From: a virus
IMG/VR virus record: IMGVR_UViG_3300031578_000004
Location: 1-64,000 of that record
Reading direction: 5' to 3' (one strand)
Length of the DNA stretch: 64,000 nucleotides
Shown: in pieces, positions 56,883-64,000 of the stretch
How positions within the stretch are numbered: position 1 is the first letter of the stretch
Layout of the letters: the number at the start of each line of letters is the position of its first letter
Made by a program: the position numbers and the translations under genes
Notes under the pieces: model-generated
What the model saw: only the letters and a program-made list of their open reading frames with translations
What the model was told of the DNA's origin: nothing
The model's database searches: none

Positions 56883-57528
56883 TTTGCTTTCTATTATCTG
56901 TAGATATTTTTATAAATGTTTTTTCTTTTAAAACTTTACTGTAATCATATCCATACTGATTGCAATATGATTGTAATTCTTTAACTAGTCTTATATGCAA
57001 TCTTGCATCTTCAGGGTCAAAACCATTTATGTGAGCTTCACACTCTACTTTATTAATCCAATTAACTGTATCCTTTATATATTCTAAATCAATTGTTCCT
57101 GCTTGAATTTTAACTGCTGTGTCAATTTGTTCCATAATATAATTTGAACATCTTCCGACTTTAGATATTATAAGTTTTTTGTCAATTGTGAAAACCTGTT
57201 CCACTAACACTAATGAATCAAATTTAAGTCCTGAATCCTCTAATACTTTTACATGTGTTGGCAGTTTGTTTTTATTAAGATTGGATGTTAATGTTGCTAC
57301 CCATATTGTTGGAGAAAACCTATTATTCACATTATTGCTTAAAACTACGGCTGGTCTAGGTTTTGATTGTATACTGTGGTCTCTACCACTCTTTATTAAT
57401 TGGTCGAAATCTACAAATATTAAATCACCCTTTTTAACTTCTAATAATTTTTGTACTTCATTGATTAGATTCTTGTTTGCTACATTGTATGTAGTATGAC
57501 TGTTAATATTTTGAATGCATGTTGTCAT
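56872..57528 (-). CDS. PemK/MazF-family endoribonuclease with C-terminal extension
   Basis: KGDL.FVD, Q...RPAVVLSNN.NNRFSPT.WVA.LTS, LPTHV, DS.VL.EQ..TIDK. Confidence 0.85.
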   Translation of the reverse strand: MTTCIQNINSHTTYNVANKNLINEVQKLLEVKKGDLIFVDFDQLIKSGRDHSIQSKPRPAVVLSNNVNNRFSPTIWVATLTSNLNKNKLPTHVKVLEDSGLKFDSLVLVEQVFTIDKKLIISKVGRCSNYIMEQIDTAVKIQAGTIDLEYIKDTVNWINKVECEAHINGFDPEDARLHIRLVKELQSYCNQYGYDYSKVLKEKTFIKISTDNRKQNAM

Positions 57529-58236
57529 TTAATTTATTCACTCCTTTGTAATAATTTTATATTTTGTGTTTTTTGTTGAATTGGTCTATCTTTGGTTTGT
57601 ATTATTCTTGTGTTGTGACTTATTACCTTACTTTTTTCTGTTTACCTTCTTGGACTGCTTAGTCATCTTTTTTTTATTGCTTTTCTTCTTTTGCTTTGCC
57701 CAAGCTGTTAAGGGAGTATCTTTGTTCATATCTACAATTGTGCATTCCTTATCCCCTAGCTCAACTTCAGCTTCTTCCTCGTGTTCATTTGGTACAAATT
57801 GCAAAGCTTCCCCAAACATTTCTTTTAATTCCATTAACTCCTCAGCTGAATTAATACGATATAATTTACCTGTAGCTACATCCATTATTTTCCCTCGCTT
57901 TCAATTATTTAATTACATATAGTGACACTATTTTATTGAATTGTGACTTAGCTAAAAGCCTTAAAGTGTTCTGCTAATGTTTCGTTTGACATTTCAATCC
58001 AGCCATTCACATCAGATTCTAGTCTAACTTCTCCACCTATAAATCTATAATTTTCATTATCTGGAAGATGCCAAACTGTGCCTTCTTCCACAATCAGATA
58101 CTCATTATCTAAAGTAAAGCCATCGTCGTCACGTTTTTCTAAAGAAAATCCTTTAATACATTCAAACATTTTTCAAACCTCCTTTCTTACGACATATTTT
58201 ATTCAGTAGTTGTATCTACTTCTTGAATTGTGCAAC

Positions 58237-58311
58237 TTATCTGCTCATACCTAGTGCCATAGCTGTTGCCCCTAATATCATACCTATTATTAATATCAAA
58301 ACACCTTCCAT
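58237..58311 (-). CDS. 24-aa hydrophobic peptide between two repeats
   Basis: MEGVLILIIGMILGATAMALGMSR with aaggagg RBS. Confidence 0.55.
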   Translation of the reverse strand: MEGVLILIIGMILGATAMALGMSR

Positions 58312-58712
58312 TCAATATCCTCCTTCGCATTTTATTCAGATAGTGACACTATTTTATTGTGATGCGACACTATCCTTCATTTGAAACCCTTATTGCAACT
58401 TGCTCTAATGCTTCAACTTTATCAAAAGTATCTGTTTCGTAGAAATTAAATAAGTGTATTTGGTTTTCGCCTTTACTTTCGTATATCTGATAAAGTTTTA
58501 CCGTATACCCCTTGCGACTTATTTCAAGAGATAGATGCAGTTTCACTTCTTTTGCAAGGTCTTTATTTTTAATTGTATTTGTTTCAATCCAAACCCATAA
58601 ACCACAAAATGTTAATTTATTAAAGTCCAATTTATCCCTCCTATCGTTTTGTTGCCCTTAACAATACGTCGCATTTTATTCAGATAGCGACACTATTTAA
58701 TTGAAATGTGTA

Positions 58713-58865
58713 TCAATCTTTCATATCTTTGTGGTCATTGCATGATTCGTCTGATTCTGTTTTCTCTTTCAAAACCGGGCAATATCCATATCCATCATCT
58801 TTGTCTTGCCAATGTTCACAACTACTACACGTTGTAAATTCATACCTGTATCTTTTCCTTTTCAT
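58713..58865 (-). CDS. 50-aa Cys-rich protein between two repeats
   Basis: MKRKRYRYEFTTCSSCEHW...GYCP...SC. Confidence 0.55.
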   Translation of the reverse strand: MKRKRYRYEFTTCSSCEHWQDKDDGYGYCPVLKEKTESDESCNDHKDMKD

Positions 58866-59330
58866 CCCTTCACTTCCTTATGGCACAGTTTATTCAGATA
58901 GTGTCCTTAAAACTGTTTTTGCATATTTAGGAAATACATAAAATGTATCTGGTAAATGATTTTTCATATTAACTCGCCTTCCCTTTCTTAACATTCTTAT
59001 TCTTATCGACCACAAATTCTAACACTTTTTCAGTATTAATATCTATAAATTTTTCTATCAATGTATCTGATGGTAATTTACCATAATGTTCTTTGTACCA
59101 TGCTTTGTAGTCTTGTATAGTCATTGTCATATAATTTTTCACTACCTCCTTATTATATTGGCTTAAACTTTAATATATGACCTTGCAGAGCCATCTAGTG
59201 ACTCATTTGGAGTGTTTACATTAAACTTTTGCTGATAACTTTCCAATGAGTTTTCATCTTTTTGATATTGTAGCCAGTCAGCACTTTCTGATTTGAATGT
59301 TCTCATTTTTATTTATTCCTCCTTCTATTT

Positions 59331-60260
59331 TTATATATTTGATATTATACTACTTAATGGATTTGAATTAGCAACTTTTCTTTGTTGTTCTTTGTCGATA
59401 TGTGTATAAATTTGCGTAGTTGAAATATTACCATGCCCCAATGCTTCTTTTACTGCAATAATATCCCCACCATATTTATACATTAGCGTAGCTGCTACGT
59501 GCCTGAGGGAATGTGTAGAATATTTTTCTGTATCTAATCCTGCTTTCCCTATATAATTTTTAACAAGTGTATAAACTGATTTATCACTAATTCTTTCTTT
59601 TATTTCACTTAAAAATAATGCTTTCTCATTTACTTGCGGTCTTACTTTTAAATACTTTTCTATTGCCGATAAACAAGCAGGAGTTAATATTACAGTTCTC
59701 TCCTTATTCCCCTTACCTATAACTGTCAATAAATCACCTTTAATATGGTCTATATCAATTAAGGTCATTTCCTTACGTCTTAAACCACAATTAAGAAATA
59801 TAGTTAATATGGCATAATCACGTTCTTTGTTTCTATTGTGATTATTTTTCTTGTTAACACTATTTAATAACTTTATAGATTCTTCTAAATCAAAATATAC
59901 AGGTTTTCTTTCAGGTATCTTCGGAGTTTCCATATCCAAAGCAGGATTAACTATAATAACTTTAATCTTTGTTATATACTTAAAAAACTCTCTTATACTT
60001 GTTGTCTTTCTTGCTCTAGTGCTTTCAGCTTCTTCTTTGCCTGTTAGATAGTTCATGTAAAATTCTAAGTCTTGATATTCTATTGAATTAAAAAACTCCT
60101 TATCAAATGTATTTATGGATGCTGTCAGATTCTTGTTTTCTCGTATATAGTTAAGTAATTGAACATTATCTATCTCATAGCTGTTAATCGTGTTCTGTGA
60201 CCTTCCTTTTGATTTTAAGGCTAGAAGGAAATTATTGAGTAGACGGTTATTAGTTTTCAT
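59331..60260 (-). CDS. XerC/D-like tyrosine recombinase
   Basis: GLRRKE, GKGNKER, HSLRH, LGH, TTQIY all intact. Confidence 0.93.
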   Translation of the reverse strand: MKTNNRLLNNFLLALKSKGRSQNTINSYEIDNVQLLNYIRENKNLTASINTFDKEFFNSIEYQDLEFYMNYLTGKEEAESTRARKTTSIREFFKYITKIKVIIVNPALDMETPKIPERKPVYFDLEESIKLLNSVNKKNNHNRNKERDYAILTIFLNCGLRRKEMTLIDIDHIKGDLLTVIGKGNKERTVILTPACLSAIEKYLKVRPQVNEKALFLSEIKERISDKSVYTLVKNYIGKAGLDTEKYSTHSLRHVAATLMYKYGGDIIAVKEALGHGNISTTQIYTHIDKEQQRKVANSNPLSSIISNI

Positions 60261-60784
60261 TTATTATTCACACCTTTTTATTTTATTATTTTTATAGTTT
60301 GTGTCCTTATTATATCATATGATGGATTTATCTGTATAATACTATTTTAGAAACTATTTTGATAATCTTTCAATTGTATTTTTACAAGATTCCTTTTCTC
60401 CTTCAGTAGATGCACTATCATTTATTAGTGCCTGAAGCTTTCTAATTTTTCTTTCATTGTTTAATTGTTGTTCTGCTTTAATTAGTCTTTCATAAAGCAT
60501 TGCACCTTCTATTTCATTGCTCATTATTTTATCTGCTTTAATTATCATTTTTATAGTCTCCTTTCTTATAATTAATTAATGATGGTCATAATATCCTAGT
60601 ACCCAATTTAGTGTCTGCATCTGTTCTATACAAGCACGTTTAGCCTTATCTTGTAAATTTATATCTGTTATATTTTTTGAATCCTCTAGTTGCCATTTAA
60701 TCCAATCAATTTCTTTTTTAATTTCTTCTTGGGTTTTCATTGTTGCACTTCCTTTCACCATTTTGTTGAAACTCTTATTTTGAC

Positions 60785-61045
60785 TTACATTACACTTTTA
60801 TATTTTTTCTGTGTGCTTAATCCACCCCTGATATGTTTTTCCTCAGAATTCATTTCCATTACAATTCCTACTTCTTCAGCCAGTCCACGATTGATTTCTA
60901 AAAGTTTTTGTGTTATATCCTTATGAACTGTACTTTTTGATATTCCAAATTTTTTAGCTGTTTCTCTTACTGTTGTTATATTATTGATTATGTACTGAGC
61001 TTCTTGTATAATTCTGTTTTCTAAGTATTGTTGATTTCTTGTCAT
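60785..61045 (-). CDS. spoIIID: Sporulation transcription factor SpoIIID homolog
   Basis: TVRETAKKFGISKSTVHKD...HIRGG.ST..KY. Confidence 0.92.
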   Translation of the reverse strand: MTRNQQYLENRIIQEAQYIINNITTVRETAKKFGISKSTVHKDITQKLLEINRGLAEEVGIVMEMNSEEKHIRGGLSTQKKYKSVM

Positions 61046-62261
61046 TTGATTTACACTTCCTTTTTATTTTTTTATTTTGCTTTTTAAGGCTTCTATTTAC
61101 CCTCTACAAAGAAATAACTACCTTGCCTATACTCTAGTATTATACCTGATTTTTCTATTGTTAAGATGCTCTCTAGCGTGTTGTAAGCATCTGTATTCAT
61201 ATTCAAATTTCTCATTACCTTCTGTTATTTCTAATATGAATAATGATTCTGTCATGGCTTTTCACTTCCTTAAATTTATTATCTTATCTAAATACTAACA
61301 CTCGCTTTCCGTTGTGTCAATACTTTTATAGTTTACTTTCCTTGTATTTTATATAGTATTTTTATATACTTCTATGTATCTATTTAAGTAACTGTCACTA
61401 TACCAAAATAATTCTTTCCAATAAGTTGTTATATCTGCTGTTACTTTGGCTTTTGAGTAATCAAATGTATCTATGCCTATTACTTTGATTGCGTTCACTG
61501 TTATTGCTCCTTTCAGCATTATGGTGTAATTGCTGTTATATGTATTTTAACGTTTATACTGCTTTTGTTTATAATAGCAGTATATTTGTCAAATTGTTAT
61601 AGAAAGAATTTTATAGCTAGAAACATCATCAATGCCATAGTGACGGCTGTTATAATTATATGTGTTAATTTGCTAAACTCCATCGACTTCATATTGTTAA
61701 ATGGTTTTATATTGTTTGTCTTTGGTGTTTCAAAATCAATTTGTCTACTGTTTGATGATTGCATGGCTGTTATACTGTTCTGCTATGTTTTGTAATTTAT
61801 TCCAGTTTATTTTTCTTTTTATTTTTGTTTCTACAGCATCTTTAAACTCATTCAAACTACTATAATTTATGTCTGTATCCAATCTATCTAATACATAATT
61901 TATTTCCATATTTGCATCGTATATGGCTGTATACCCATCTATGTCTTTTCTTGAAGTGTCTAATAATGTAATAACTAAACCACCTGTATAATTAATGTAA
62001 TTTAAAACATATTTATTGTTATATTTCATTTCTTTCCATCCTTTCATATTTACATTATTTTACATGACTTTGAATCTACTGTTTTATAGGCTGTTTACAA
62101 AAGGGACATTTTTCTAATTCCCCTTCATAGAATATACTAACAGTTTCACCACAAGAACAGGTTTTGTAAATAAAAAGATTTTCAACTACTTCATTTTTAT
62201 TATCCATGTTTCACTTCACTCCTAATTATTTATTTCAGTTTCCTGTTTCCTGCTTATCAAA

Positions 62262-62537
62262 TTACTTTAATAATGCAATAATCTCTTCTATTTTTAATAT
62301 CAATACCTCTTTCTTATCAGGAGTAACATCCACATCTTCAGTTAAATTAATTAACATTCTTTCAATTGTGTTAAGATACTCTGTTTCAGGAGTATATTTC
62401 TTATAGCAAACCATATCATTATGAATAACTATCTCAAATGGGTCTCCTTCTCTAATACTCAATGTTCTTCTAATTTCTTTAGGAATAACCACTCTTCCTA
62501 AATCGTCAATTCTTCTTATAATTCCAGTTGCTTTCAT
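62262..62537 (-). CDS. AbrB/SpoVT N-terminal DNA-binding domain protein
   Basis: MKATGIIRRIDDLGRVVIPKEIRRTL.IREGDP.EI; lacks the SpoVT GAF domain. Confidence 0.88.
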   Translation of the reverse strand: MKATGIIRRIDDLGRVVIPKEIRRTLSIREGDPFEIVIHNDMVCYKKYTPETEYLNTIERMLINLTEDVDVTPDKKEVLILKIEEIIALLK

Positions 62538-62694
62538 TTTATATTTCCACCTTTCAATATTTATTTATTTCCGTTTGATTCGTTACACTCATATTACCAT
62601 ATGTTGTTATTTGCTGTCAAGTGGTTTTTGTAATTATTTTTATAGTTTGTTTTCTTTATATTATTATATAAATTCCGTCAACTATTTATACCTT

Positions 62695-62928
62695 GCTGTT
62701 ATAGGAAATTTTGAAAAGTCCTTCAACCATTTCAGGCTCGCTGTTATAGTAACTTTTCAAAATCTCAGGGTCTACCACACATCGGCTGTTATAGTGATTT
62801 TACCTTTTCTAAACTAAATACCCTATAATATTCTTTGGCTGTCTTGTCTGTAATGCTGTACTTCTTACAGACTTCTGTTATAGACATTTTGTTAAAATCC
62901 TTGATGTAATTTTCCTTCGCTGTTATAG
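62695..62928. repeat. KCTGTTATAG motif on a 45-bp register
   Basis: Copies at 62695, 62740, 62785, 62874 and 62919. Confidence 0.75.
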
Positions 62929-63226
62929 TCCATTTTGTGTCCTGCTCTGGTTGTTCTAGTTGCATCGGTTGTATTAGTTCTGTTATATTAATATTTAGAA
63001 TGTCGGAAATTAGTAAAGCTGGTATAAAGTCAACTTTATATGAATTATAAACTTTTCGTATTTGGTAAATAGTTTGAATTGATAGTTTTGACTGTTCTGC
63101 TATATACTGATTTTTAAGTCCAGAGGCATCTATAAAGCGTTTTATATTGGCTTTGATGATATCTTTATCAGTTGAATTATATTGGCTTATAAGGTGAATT
63201 AATTGCTTTTGTTGTAGTATATCCAT
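62789..63226 (-). CDS. XRE-type HTH protein
   Basis: NIKRFI..SGL...YIAEQSKLS.QTIY...L.I.ITEL; possible second HTH at the C-terminus. Confidence 0.65.
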   Translation of the reverse strand: MDILQQKQLIHLISQYNSTDKDIIKANIKRFIDASGLKNQYIAEQSKLSIQTIYQIRKVYNSYKVDFIPALLISDILNINITELIQPMQLEQPEQDTKWTITAKENYIKDFNKMSITEVCKKYSITDKTAKEYYRVFSLEKVKSL

Positions 63227-63468
63227 TATTATATATACCCTCCGAATTGCTGTGATTAGTTGTAGTGAGTTTAATTGATTTATGCTATTATGTATAATGT
63301 TATTAACTATAATTGCTTAGAATTGATTTAAACGCTTTGTATATTGCTGTATATGGTTATGTAATAAAAATAGCTGATACAATAACCCTATAAAGGCTAT
63401 CATATCAGCTACAAAGATTTACACTAATTAAAGTAACTTTTGGTTTATGCTGTTTATTAAGTTTTGTA

Positions 63469-64000
63469 TTATCCTGCTATTTCTGATAATTCATTGACTA
63501 AATCGTAAATATCACCAGTGTATATTTTGTTTAACTTCTCAAGCTGCTTTTTACACTTTTTATAAATCTTTTCTGCTGTTCGGCTGTCTGAATCGTATCC
63601 AAATTCACTACAAAAGTTTTCAAAATTTTCTTTTGCTGATACTGCATCACCTACAAAACAATAAAAAGCATTTAATATGTCATACTCTGAGTTTAATACT
63701 GGATTCACTATTGATGCCCAAAATTCAAAAGTTATTTTTTGTTCTGTCTCTGTGTTTGTTACTGTTACCATGTGATTATTAAAATTATCACTTGACCAGT
63801 CGGCTTTTTTAGTTCCTTTATAACTTGCTTTGACTTCAAATTGCTTATATGTTGCTTTGTTTGTTTTCTGTTCTGTATGCTCAACTTTGTTATACTTTTC
63901 AAATATTGAGGTAATTTCTGTTATTACTTCTTCTGGTAGTGGATTAACTAACCATGCATGACCGTATTTATAATTATTATCTTCATATAATTCAGCTTTT
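63469..64000 (-). CDS. Hypothetical protein, probably extending past the window end
   Basis: ORF track gives 63469-63771; the frame appears to stay open upstream. Confidence 0.5.
   Translation of the reverse strand, partial: KAELYEDNNYKYGHAWLVNPLPEEVITEITSIFEKYNKVEHTEQKTNKATYKQFEVKASYKGTKKADWSSDNFNNHMVTVTNTETEQKITFEFWASIVNPVLNSEYDILNAFYCFVGDAVSAKENFENFCSEFGYDSDSRTAEKIYKKCKKQLEKLNKIYTGDIYDLVNELSEIAG

Larger units (their letters stand above)
57599..58906. repeat. Gene-boundary hairpin repeat, cluster 2 (about 57599-57622 partial, 57919-57947, 58192-58236, 58325-58367, 58669-58712, 58883-58906 half)
   Basis: Consensus TCGCATTTTATTCAG-ATAGTGACACTAT-TTWWTTGAAWTGTG, each at a gene boundary. Confidence 0.88.

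Noticed and set aside
57599-58906. CRISPR array or canonical integron
   Set aside because: Intervening DNA is whole genes of variable length; no RYYYAAC/GTTRRRY boxes; recombinase lacks the IntI insertion.
6538-62817. Plus-strand ORFs overlapping minus-strand genes (e.g. 6538-6972, 33072-33524, 57566-57922)
   Set aside because: Antisense shadow ORFs rich in F/L/S/I with no RBS.
62695-62830. Mini-CRISPR array
   Set aside because: Repeats share only about 10 identical bp, continue into a CDS, and no cas genes or leader are present; kept as a binding-site array.

Overview
AT-rich 64-kb segment of a large SPbeta-like temperate phage. The host is inferred to be an anaerobic spore-forming Firmicute (class III RNR, SpoIIID, SpoVT/AbrB). 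Plus strand 1-5960: end of a LamG-type tail protein, tail assembly protein, holins, an amidase-PGBD-PGBD-NAGPA endolysin and a small DUF5659/RepL-like/HNH moron. Minus strand 6095-64000: large serine recombinase module, RuvC, nucleotide metabolism (nrdD, nrdG, redoxin, dUTPase, HAD nucleotidase), replisome (RecD2, DnaE, PD-(D/E)XK nuclease, primase, DnaB, AAA ATPase, putative SSB), LigA, many small hypothetical genes, a non-autonomous IS200/605 IscB-omegaRNA element, MrpR/YopQ-like genes, a MazF-TPR pair, a XerC-like recombinase, and sporulation regulators. The best candidate for an undescribed system is a family of about 10 imperfect-hairpin sites that mostly lie between the stop codon and next RBS of small genes (44.6-46.0 kb and 57.6-58.9 kb), the larger cluster being just downstream of a non-IntI tyrosine recombinase: an integron-like gene-cassette arrangement. 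All family calls come from motif recognition by eye; no database searches were run.
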